Of a stretch of DNA of 64,000 nucleotides, positions 12,167 to 24,413 are shown one piece after another. Source of the DNA: Octopus vulgaris (Eukaryota). The translations under genes and the position numbers were made by a program. The notes beneath the pieces were generated by a model. The model searched no databases and was not told the origin of the DNA. It was given only the letters and a program-made list of their open reading frames with translations. The stretch covers positions 79,112,001 through 79,176,000 of the forward strand of contig OX597822.1 in NCBI GenBank assembly GCA_951406725.2, written 5' to 3'. The stretch's first letter is position 1. Each line of letters opens with the position of its first letter.

Positions 12167-13058
12167 ATATATATATGTATGTATGTATGTATATATATGA
12201 GTGAGAGTAAATGCATGATTGTGACTCCCTTTCTTTGACATAGTTTGGTGATTGTGAATGGGTGTTACTATCATACAAGCACTATTATTCATTTCCAATA
12301 TATTCTGCAAAAACAGGGCTAGTCATAGGGAAGTATTACCTAACTTAGACACAGGTGAGGACTAGCAACAAAAAGGACATCTGACTGTAAATATGTGCCT
12401 CAATAAATGCCATCTGACACATAAAAGCATGGAAAAGTAGATGTTTCAATGATAATGATAGTAAGACAGAGAAACTGAATTAAGGATAAGGATACTAAGA
12501 ATTAATGAAGGTCTATAGTAACTTAGTGGTTAGAGGGCTGGGCTCACAATCATAAGTTTGGATATTTGATTCTAGAACTGGCTAATGCATTGTGTTCTTG
12601 AGCAAGGCACTGTATTTCACATTACTACAATCCACTCAGCTGAAAATGAGATATGAGTGCTAACTAGGGGAAGAAGTTAACTAGCCTATAGATTGATATC
12701 CTCTTCTGAAGTCTTACACTAAAGTCATCTAAACACCTTGAAAATCGGGGGATGGTCTGGCCTCATGAGCCAGTAGGCTTGAAGCACACTTATACTGAGT
12801 GATGGATAGATAGAGATAAAGAGAGAGAGGGGGGGATTGTGTAAATATATAAGCATGAAAGACAGTGGAATTGGATGAGAGAAAGGAAAAAAGCAGAGGA
12901 AAAGAGGAAAAGAAAAGAGAAATGAAACCTAATTTAGTTGTTACAAATGATTTTTTGATTAACTGTGAAAGAGCAGCAGTAAACTAAATACTTCAAGTGT
13001 TGGGGTTAATCGCACGAAGAGTTCAACACTGTCATTATGTAATATAATCCATAAGGTT

Positions 13059-13098
<40 letters not shown>

Positions 13099-13727
13099 AT
13101 GCACATTTGTGTATATGCGTGTGCAAGTTCAAAAATTAAAAAAGATGTTAGGAAAAAGTAATACAAAATGAAAGAAACAATTTTGAGGAGGCAAAATCAT
13201 CGTAAGACAAGAGGGTGGCAATGAAATGTGTTTGCTGAGAGAAGGAGAAAGAAAGAGAGAGAGATAGAGAGACAGACAGACAGAGGGAGAGGGAGAGCAA
13301 AAGAAAATGTAAAAGAGGAAAACATTGAGTAAACAGGAATGGAAAAGACTGACATTGCCAATAAGAGAGAGATAACATTAAACAGACTGAGTACTGTGAC
13401 ACAAGAAGAGAAATCAACAGATGAGAGAGGCCAACATATCATATGACCGACTGACAAGAGAAAGAAACTATGTTATTATCTTATGTATCTTAAAGACACA
13501 GGTATAGCTGTATAGTTAAGAAGCTTAAGAAACCACATGTTTTGAAGTTCAGTCCCACTGTGTGGCATCTGGGGTAAGTGTCTTCTATAGCTCTGGGCTA
13601 ATCAATACCCTTTGAATAAATTTAATAAATGGAAACTGTATGGAAACCTGTCATAAGTTGGTTATACTTTCTACAATACACAAGCTATTTTGACAATTTG
13701 AATACAATTCCTAATATTTAATTTATC

Positions 13728-14200
13728 ATCGTCATCATCATCGTTTAACATCCATTTTCTGAGCTGGCATAGGTTGGACAGTTTGACTGAGGTCTGGAAA
13801 GCCAGCGGCTGCACCAAGCTTCAATCTGATCTGGTAATGTTTCTACAGCAGGATGCCCTTCCTAACACCAACCACTCCAAGGGTGTAGTGGGTGCTTTTT
13901 ATGTGCCACCAGCACAGTAGCCAGTCAGGTGTGCCTGGCATCGATCATGTTCAGATAGTGCTTTTACATTCCACTGGCACAGGAGTCAGTCAGGGAGCAC
14001 AGGCATTGGCCACATTCGGATGCTGTTTACATGCCATTGGAGCCAGTCAGGCGGCCCTGGCATTGATCACGTTCAGCTAGTGCTTATGTGCCACTAGCAC
14101 TGTAGCTAGTCAGGAGATACTGTTTGGCCACATTCGGATGGTGCTTTTTATGTGCCACTGGCTCAGGAGCCAGTCAGGGGCACAGACCACAGCTATGATT
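13728..14200 (-). mobile_element. Repeat family C copy with internal ~55-60-bp tandem subrepeats
   Basis: (ATC)n tail at the left; 5 units of GTGCTTTTATGTGCCACTGGCAC..AGCCAGTCAGG. Confidence 0.8.
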
Positions 14201-14224
14201 TTGGTTCTACTTAACTCAATAATA

Positions 14225-14316
14225 GGATTTTTAGATATCAAATGGTCATAATGGTCCACCTGAGTAAAACAGGTAACAAAGGGGTCTATAGGTAGAAAAA
14301 TGATTGAGAACCACTA
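14225..14316. mobile_element. hAT-type DNA transposon terminus fragment
   Basis: Ends AAAAATGATTGAGAACCACTA, the reverse complement of a hAT/Charlie-like TIR (C/T)AGTGGTTCTCAA. Confidence 0.5.
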
Positions 14317-14754
14317 GTTTAGTCAAATAAATCAACACCAGCACTTAATTTTTAAGTCTGGTGCTTATTCTATTGGTCTCTTTTGCCTAACCACGAAGTT
14401 ATGGGGATGTAAACAAACCAACACCTGTTGTAAAACATACTCCTCCACACACACATGATGAGGTTTTGCAGTTTTCATCTCCCAAATTCACTCACAAGCT
14501 ATGAATCCGTCTGGCACTATGGTAGAAGCCACTTGCCCAAAGTACTGTGCAGTGGAACTGAATCTGAAATCACATGGTTGCAAAGCAGATTTCTTAACCA
14601 CATGGCCAATTCAGTTAAAACAAATGATAAGTAGATTGATTAACTGAATCAATGTTGAGCTTTTCATATTTCCTGACAGTGCCTGGTTTGCACGAAAAGA
14701 AATCAATGCCATAATTATAAAGGTAGCAAGATATGTGGTCAAAAGCTCAGCTGA

Positions 14755-15017
14755 TGCTACTTTGGCATGTGGTCTACATGGGAGATTGCTTTAGGTTACT
14801 TTTTAGTTTACTTTGTATTAGTGCTACCTTCCATGTCATCTACATGAGCAAATTTACTTTCGTGGGTGATCTATATGCTTATTTTAATTATATTGTTTTC
14901 TTATTATCAAACTGGTAAGAATTTTTTAAAAATACATTTACAATTCTAAGTATGTACAAAATAATTTAAAAGGTAACCTAAAGTAATCTCTCTTGTAGAT
15001 CACATGCCAAAGTAGCA
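14755..15017 (+). repeat. 63-bp gap-free inverted repeat (stem-loop, 137-nt loop)
   Basis: 14755-14817 against 14955-15017: 55 Watson-Crick, 5 G-U, 2 U-U and 1 C-A pair as + strand RNA. Confidence 0.95.
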
Positions 15018-15667
15018 CTGCTTAGCCTCACTCAGTGTGTAATATTTCCTTCCTTATACTAAACCAAGAGGCTATTTGTAAAGAAGATTCTACACTAACT
15101 TGGTTAACTGTTATATGAGGGTGCATGCATGTATAGGAGTGGTGAGTGGATACATATATAGGAGTGGTGAGTGCATACATATATAGGAGTGATGAGTGGA
15201 TGTGGTTTGTTACCTTTTACTTGTTCAGTCATTGAACCGTAGCCATTAGTGGGGCACTGCCTGGAAGGATTTTCTGTTGAATAAAACCACCCCTGTACTA
15301 TTGTTCTTTTAAAGCCCGGTACTTATTCTATCAGTCTCTTTAGCTGGACTGCTAAGTTACAGGGATATAAAAAAAACTAAATACTTGACAACACCAGTTG
15401 TCAAGTAGTAAGGGGAAGAAACATGCACACACAGAGGCTTCTTCCAGTTTCTATCTACCAGATCCACTCACAAAACTTTGGCTGGCCTGAGGCTAAAGTA
15501 GAACACACTTACCCAAGGTACCGTACAGTGTGACTGAACCCAGAACTATGTGTTTGGGGACAGCCTTCTACACAGTTTCTATCTACCAAATTCATTCACA
15601 AAGCTTTGGTTAGCCTGGCTATAGTAGGAAACACTTGCTCATATATTATATAATGCATATATTTATG

Positions 15668-15738
15668 TATGAGACACAGTTTAGGTTTGTGCCAAGACAG
15701 AGTACCACTGAGGTCCTATTCTTCATGACACAACTAAG
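15668..15738 (+). pseudogene. RTE-clade LINE reverse transcriptase fragment
   Basis: Translates ETQFRFVPRQSTTEVLFFMTQL, resembling the RT motif QFGF.PGRSTTDAIF..RQL. Confidence 0.7.
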
Positions 15739-17106
15739 GCATTATTGTTTATATACCAGTTCTCATTCCCCTAAACACACACCTAATCAGACATATTTCA
15801 CTATATTATTGCACTATTTCGAATTGAGACAGAGGACAAGTGCCACTCAACTAAACTGACTTTACACACTATTAACTATACAATTATATTTAAGCAGAAA
15901 TCAATTCTCTTCCACTTTGCTTAAGTAATTAGAAACAAATCCTAAGTTGATTTATTAATGAGCTATGATTATAAGTATTTGTTAATGAGCTAGTTTCTAG
16001 AGAATATACTATACATCCTTACATAAGTTTACGCATGCACATGCATGCGTGCACGCACACACATACAATTTATATGCATATATCTATACATATCAATTAC
16101 AGCAAATCACATATAAACATAAAATACATGTGAACAAAGAAATAAAAATGTAAGATAAATAATTAGGTAATATTATACATCATACAATATTATACAATAT
16201 TCATTATGTATAATGTACTTTACTGTTAACAAAAGGATGGCAATTCAATTTTCTCCCCCAATCATCAGGATTGCTTTCTGGGTATTTCTTTCTCTTTATG
16301 CCTGTTTCTTTACATACATTCTTATTAATACATACTTTGAAGAAAATTTGTTTACAACAAATCAATGTTGTATGTTAACAATGAGAAAACCAAGAGTAAT
16401 AAACCTAATTTGTTTTCTGTTTAATACCACAGCCAGGACCTTGAGGGTGGTTAGCAGTCTCTAATCAGATAGAAGCATTCAAATAACTCAAAATTTGTGG
16501 GTGCAATGCTTTCATGAGTCATGTTTATTTCACTTACACATCCACTTCAATCTTGAGGGCCCCAAGATAATGCCATAGGTGCTGCTGCCCTTCTCTCTCT
16601 TACTGGTGGCAATGGTAACAAGTAAGAAATGTCATTGTTAGACATCACTTAGACAAAGATATACTTGCATTGAGCTAGATCTGTATTATATGTGTGACCA
16701 TTCTTTGATTATGCATATCCATATCATATAATTTATAGTCACAAATTGGTTCCAATTTTGAAGATATAAGGGAGCTCCTTAATGGAGATTCGCAATGATG
16801 CTATACTGAGCTGGTGAAGTATTGCATAAAGTTTTCTTGTCTCAAGCGTCCTCACTATTCAACAAAAATTACACATGTACACATTTACCACTGCAAGGAC
16901 TGCCACTCCACCAGCACCATCAATACTTTGCTAAACTATATCACTTGTGCTTATCTTCTCTATGTACTTCACTTTTTCAAAGTGTTCACTGCTGCAGAAG
17001 TACTGTTCTTCTTCACCATCTGGTAATGAATCCTGCAATTTGTTAATCTTGGTTTTTGTTTTAAATTCAATGACTGTGTTGAAAGTGTGTATGTGTGTGT
17101 GTGTGT

Positions 17107-17181
<75 letters not shown>

Positions 17182-19840
17182 CACATGTATACACACAATA
17201 TGACTGTGGCATGTTCCTCCCAACATCTACCCTGCTTAAGAATTTCTCATTTAAGAGAGACTGTGGATATAATGTATCTAGAGTTGACTTCAACATTTTC
17301 TGTTCTTACAAGAAGAGCTTTCATCCAACAGAGAATGTTAGATTGCAGTTATTTGTTATCTTTGACAGGCATCATAGATCCACATTTACAGGGAAAGAAT
17401 TCTCTTGCATGAAAAAGGTTGTAGCTGACAAAGGTTGCTAGCAAAACAGGTTTATTTTTGTTTGTCAGTAAGGGTAACCAATGCCATTTTGGGAAGGCAA
17501 ACCTCTCACTACATGTGTCCCTTTGGATGATCCACAAAAGAGTTTCTATATGATTGCTCAATCAGCAAAAAATATCAGGCAAATCTCTATCAAATCACAT
17601 TATTTTGTCTTAAAAAAGGAAGGACATACTGGACAATATAGTTCTTTATACATCAAAAAGGTAGCATGGTCATAGCTAGAATGCCTTTGATCATAGATCT
17701 GCTCAATTAAAGCTAAGCAAAGCAACAACAACAATTTGAATTAACATTTCACCTTACCAGCTACCTATATGCTATGAGTCTACTTGGCTAAACAACAAGT
17801 ACAGTACCATAACCCCAACTCACCAGAAACATTGCTAAACTTTCACCACTATCTTGTAGAAACCACTACAATTTTCATGAGCATAACATCCAGATATGAG
17901 ATTACTTGATCTGCTATAAATAGCAACCAAATATCTTTCAAATGCTACCCTACCATCTTGAGAAAGGAAAGGTTACATTAGATATTGAAGCCCTACATTC
18001 TACAGATCCTTAAAACAATGTTACAGTCATGGATGGAATGATTTCATTCATAGATCTGCTCCACTGGAATTGACCTGGGGTTAAACCACATCAGCAAATT
18101 TCATGATCTAGCAATCACAACACCACCAACAGTACAACCCTCATCCAATCTAAATCACACAGAGTCTAATTTTAACAACAATGAAACTCATTAAAGATAT
18201 AAAATGATAAATTAGACAACATCACTGCACCTGACTTTAACTGACCCCAAAACACACACACACACACTCCAGTCTTCTCTACATGGTTCCAATACTGCTG
18301 TTGCAACCAACATCACCATCATCAATACATTTCATTCTACTACATGAGCAAATGAGCTTCGCTACACATACACAAATAAAGAGAGAGAGAGAGAGAAAGT
18401 GGGGACCAAAATACACACACATCTTACTCACCTAACTCTTTACATTCTCACAGTAATGGAATCTATGATTTGTGTGTGTGTGTGTGTGTGTGATAGAGAG
18501 AGGGAAGAAGAGAGAGGAAGAAAATAGAAAGAAAGAACTACATGTAGAGAGAGAAAGAGAGAGAGAGGGATGAAACAGAAATTATGAGGAGAGAAAGAGA
18601 GAAACACATATAGACTTTCTCCAACCTTGCCCTATACACCACATTACTACAACCACCAGACACAACTCTTTGCACCCTTTTGTTAATGGGAACCTTATGA
18701 CAATAAAGAGAGAAAGAACAAAAGGTATAAAGAGAGAAATAGGAAGAAAAACACACATATTTATTCTAAATATTAACAAAGTTCCCAACCAATAAAAACA
18801 ACAACTATAACAATATCAATTACAGAAGACGCAGAGTTTCAGTTTTTCGAATTTGTAATATCAAAAACCAATGAGACGACATTAAGAGATAATAATAAAA
18901 AATTTGTTCCATATTTTAAGTTTTTTTTTTCTTTTAATTACTTAAAATCAAATTACCTCTCAAAAAGAGGTCATTTTTTTTAGGAAAACTATTTCCATCC
19001 CTATATCACCCTGATATACTTTTACTTACTGTCCATTTGATTTTAAGTAATTAAAAGAAGAAGAAAAAACTTTCACAATGAGTGTTTGTCTGTATATGTG
19101 GAGAGAAGGATGCAGTTGATTGCAGACATAACTGTTTGGGTAAGAAGCTCATATCGTAATCTAAACATTCAGTTTCAGGTTTGCTCTCACTGCACAACCC
19201 TTTGGATTAGTTTCTTTAACCATCACCTCATGTCAACCTAGATCATGTTGTAAAATGAAACAGGAGTAGTGTGGAAGCCTGCTGAATGGACTATAACCAA
19301 AATTCAAAAGTCAAGCCTTGTCATTTATTTTATCATGCTGATTTGGTTTAAGAATTCTATTAAGGGGACATACACACATGTGCATGCACATGTATGTATA
19401 TATATGTGTATGCGTGCGTGTTTGTATGTACCTTTCTCCAGGCATCACGAGATGGTTGTAAATAAGCATCATCATCATCATACATGCCTAGCCATGGGAA
19501 AATATTACCTTATTTGGAAACAGGTTAGAGTTGGTGACAGGAAGGGTATCCAATCATAGAAAATCTGCTTGACCCATACCAGCATGGAAAAATGGATGTT
19601 AAATGATGATCATAATGATATCAAGCTTAGTAACCTTCTTGCATTATGAGGCAATTTCCATGCATTCTGCTGAAAATTCCTGCATTTTAAAATTTCTCAT
19701 ATATTTATTACATTTTGTTTGTTTCATTGTTCCTGTTGTAGCATGCTGCTGGCAGTATTCCATAATATTTGATTCAGACCATCAGTTTTTTAGGAAACAC
19801 TTCAAAAGAAAAAAACAAAACAAAACAAAACCCACCTTAA

Positions 19841-20042
19841 TTCAACCCTTTTAATACAAACCCACCTGGTTCTGTGATACAAAGATCTTGTTTTAAAATT
19901 ATATAAATGAAAACCTTCCATCACAATTTTGCATTAATTAATGTTCCAAACACCCACTTAATACTGACAACTGATTATTTTTTAAATTAATTGAAATGAA
20001 GGCAGTGAATTTCAACAAAAATATAATAACAAAAGAGTTCAA
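19841..20042 (-). mobile_element. piggyBac-type MITE, second decayed copy
   Basis: Reverse-complement similarity to 7355-7583 (AAAACCTTCCATCACAATTT against AAATTTTGATGGAGGGTTTT). Confidence 0.55.
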
Positions 20043-20265
20043 AAACACCATCTTTCTGATGTATCACTATCATTGTTTCAATGCCCACTTTTCAATGCAT
20101 GCATGGATTGTGTGGAATTTGTTTAGGCAGATATTCTACAGCTAGATGCCCTTCCTGTTGCCAAGTATGGTAATATTTCCCCATGACCAGACATTTTTTC
20201 CTGGAAAATTAGAAACAAAGGACACTGCTTACACGGTTTACAATTAGCACATGAAGTTGAAGCAA

Positions 20266-20450
20266 GTCATAACAAACCTTTATTGGCAGTAATATGACGT
20301 AATGGTCATGTTGGCCGAATAGGTATAATTATTAGTTTCCCATTGGTTAAAATTACTGCCCATATTTGAATTCTAACTTTCGTCAAAGAGAAATCTTTCA
20401 CGAAATACGGTTCTTAGAATTCAAATATGTGCAATAATTTTAAGCAATGG
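20266..20450. mobile_element. Truncated palindromic MITE-like element
   Basis: ~38-bp inverted arms at 20339-20376 and 20414-20450 plus inner stems TTTCGT/ACGAAA and AAAGA-GAAA-TCTTT. Confidence 0.6.
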
Positions 20451-20720
20451 GTTGCGTGTTGTGTTCTTGAGCAAGACACTTTATTTGACATTGCTCCAGT
20501 TCACTCAGCTGTAGAAATGAGTTGCCATGTCACTGGTGCCAAGCTGAATCAGCCTTTGCCTTTCCCTTGGATAACATTGGTGGTGTGGAGAGGAGAGGCT
20601 GGTATACATGAACAACTGCTGATCTATCATAAACAACCTTGCCCAGACTTGTGTCTTGGAGGGGAACTTTCTAGTGCAATCCCATGGTCATTCATGACCA
20701 AAGGGGGTATTTACCCTTTA
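20451..20720 (+). mobile_element. tRNA-derived SINE family E (5'-truncated)
   Basis: GTTGTGTTCTTGAGCAAGACACTTTATT..GCTCCAGTTCACTCAGCTG core, shared with ~12590 and 54172-54465(-). Confidence 0.7.
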
Positions 20721-22257
20721 CACACACACACACTTCTTTCTGTTTCTATCTACCAAATCCACTCACAAGGCTCTGATCAACCTGGAGCTATAATGGGAGA
20801 CACTTATCCAAGGTGCCACCAGTGGGACTGAACCCAAAACCATGTGGTTGGAGACAAATATCTTACTACACAGCCATACCTGCACCATTCATATAGTTAT
20901 CTAATACATAATAGTGATTCTTTTGCTTCAACCAGATTTAGGAATGTATGTGATGTTGATCTTGCACTGCTCTACTTTACCTTTTTGCTAAGAGTACAAA
21001 GCAAAGGGGCAGATAGAAAAGTTTTGTTGTTTTTGTAATACTTAATACACAGAAATTTTGAAGTAATGTCAACAAGATGATTGAGCCTCGAAATGGTAAT
21101 TAATATGGTTTTTCTTCTTATTGATGTATTGCAGAATATTTTTCATGCCCTACAATGATAAGTGTTTCAATTTTATATGGCTTGAAACGGCCCTTACACA
21201 TCCTGCATCAAAGATACATTTGCTATTTTAGCAAATATATCTTATTGCCATCTTTCACCCACATCATCTTGTTTTTGTGAGAAAACTCGCTGATTTACCT
21301 GCTAGATAGTGAATTGTAGTTATTTCACAAGAAACTTTGAGGTAAATTTATGAAGTTAGATATCATTTTAAGCAAAATGTCTTATCTAAAGGAAAACAGA
21401 GTAAAACATGAGGAAAATCATTTTAATACATATGTCTTCATTAAGATTATGATTAAATTAAAGACATTTCAGATTTGAGTAAATGCAAGTTTTTTCAATG
21501 ATATTGACTCTTCCTAAAGAACAAAAGAAAAAGAATGAAAGTTTAGTTTTCTTAGCTTTAAAATTTATTATTATTATCATCATTTTAAAATTTATTATTA
21601 TTATTATCATCATCATCATTTTCTTCTTCTTTTTATAAAAACAATGGTTTATTCAGTTTGTTTCAATTCAGTAAGTTGAAAAAGCTTCATGAGAATTTTC
21701 TAGATCATCAATTTCCCCATAATGTTTGGAATAAAGCTTTAGGTTCATAAAGCTTTGTTTGAAATAGAGTTATGTATAACATCTGGCTCATAGACCTGCA
21801 GTTTCCTTTCTCTGCATTTTCTATAGCTGCTACATCAGCCTCTACTATTCAGAACAAGCTAGTTGCATACCATCTCTCCACATACCCAAGCTCACAATAC
21901 ACCCATCTCACTTCCTCGCAACATCTATGAAGGCTCCATACTGACCACCTTTTTCTCCTTTAATCCTTTTCTACTCAGAACATCAACCTACTATCAACAT
22001 ATTTCCTGTAGATGTTTATTAGATGTGACAGGATGGTTCCACTAATCCAATGTCCAGAATTAATACTTTATCTATCAGCTTTTAGATACATTCCAGCCAG
22101 AGCTAACTTTATCTTCTATCCTCTGACACTAAAATGACATCACCAATTTGCTGTCTACATGCTGACTTATGAATAATAGTATTTCTTTACAATAATATTA
22201 GGGAAGTGGATTAACAGAAATGGTAGAGCACTGTACAAAATGCCTTAGATTTTTTTC

Positions 22258-22385
<128 letters not shown>

Positions 22386-23384
22386 TTTTTTTTAAGCTTT
22401 ATATTCTAAGTTCGAATTCTGATGCAAACCTGATAGAAAAGTTTAAATATAACTTTTTGCATTTGGTTTGCAAGATTCTTGATATGATTTCATGTATTGA
22501 AACATTCTGTTGTATCTTGAGAGAGTTATTATGCCAGGTGTTTATTATTGGCATAATGACCCTCCTGAGACAAACCAAAATGTTTAAATTTAAATGTGAA
22601 CACTTTAAATAAACAGTTTTGTATCAGAACCAGAGACAGCCAAAGGTAAGTTAGTAGTATTGAAAAACATAAATCATGAATCTATATTGATTTTGTGGTA
22701 GAAATTTCAGAAATATGTTTATTTAAATTTGGTTAATATTCCAAGTCAATTCAGTGTTGATAATATGTAAAATAATGATATATATAGAAAGAGAAAGAGC
22801 TACATTTCTAGTAAGCACATTTAATAAAGGTTTGTTTTTTTTCTCTCTCACAATCCAACCAGTATATGTCATTCTGAATAAGTCTTCGATAAGAAGAGTA
22901 AGACATTTGAGATAAAAAAAAAATACTGTACAGAGACTCAAAGGTTATATGTGTATACTTAGCTTTATAAGAAGTAACATACAAATTCACAAGGTTGTTG
23001 AAGACACTGAGGACAGGATTTGGCATTGAACACTTACCTAAAATTATAAAATAGAAAAAAAATAAAATGATAAGTAAAGATGAATACATGATAAAGCAAT
23101 AAAATATGCATGTAGAAAAATCTTTCTTTCATATGCTACAAAGGCAACCCAAATATGACTGTCTGTCCATTAAGAATAGATACAAAATTAGCTGAGAATA
23201 TTTGCTACAGCACACTGGTGTCCTATCTGAAGTGAGTTGATTTGTTTTTCATCAGCTTCACTCCATGAAACCGTAGTTAAGTGCTTGCTAAAAAGGAACT
23301 CTTTGCTGTTTAGGAGATTATTTATTAAGGAGGCAAAATATTGTGAAATTAAGGTGCTCAGCAACATATCACATGATGATCATC

Positions 23385-23745
23385 GTCATTTAACATCCAC
23401 TTTTCCATGCTTCCATGGGTCAGATGGAATTTATTGAGGCAGATTTTCTATGATTGGATGCCCTTTATGTCACTAACCTTCACCTATTTCCAAGCAAGGT
23501 CATATTTTCCACAGAAGACTAGAAATGAACATTGCTTGTATGCCAATGATGCTCATTTACAACATGTCTAAGCAAGGGTACATACAAACACGCACACACA
23601 CACGTGTGACAGTTTCTTTCAGTTTCTATCTACTAAATTCACTCACAAGGCTTTGGTTGGTCCAGTGCCACAGTAGAAGCCACTTGTCCAAGGTGTTATG
23701 CAGTGGGACTGAACCCAAGACCTTCTTACCACACAGCCACATCTA
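23385..23745 (-). mobile_element. SINE family A copy
   Basis: Reverse complement of the head (CTTACCACACAGCCAC, GGGACTGAACCC) and tail (TTTAACATCCACTTTTCCATGCTT). Confidence 0.8.
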
Positions 23746-24335
23746 TTCATGAGTTCAAATCTTACCATTACATTTGTTCTATGTCTTTTATTCGAATGTA
23801 ATATAATTTTCTTTAGTCTGTCTGGTTGGCAAACAATTTCCCCTCCTACTTCCTTGGATGGAAAACAGTAAAATAAAGTGTGTGTATGCATGCACACACA
23901 CACACAAATCTCACTAATTCACCATTCCATGCAAAACATGAATATGGCTATGATATTAGAGTTGGATTTCACAATTAGCTCTCTTAGCTACTTTTTATCC
24001 ACCCACCCTCTCGCTCTCACCCACGTGGATACTGTGCTTTTTCACTTTTCTTCTCCCCACCATCCCACACCAGCACCATATCAAAACCCAAGGCTTGTAT
24101 TACCTGTTATTTAGAGCAGCCCTCCTCCCAATCATCTGGAATTGCCCTTGTCTTTTACTTAGCTATTTACCCTTCCACTCCTGGAAATGTACACTTTAAC
24201 CCTTCAGTATTCACAATGTGTGTGTGTGTGTGTGTGTGTGTACCTAATAATCAGCAGAAGTTAATGAGTAACTCAAGGACTGAGAGCTTTGTACATTGTA
24301 CTTAATAAACTTATCAAACACACACACACACACAC

Positions 24336-24413
<78 letters not shown>

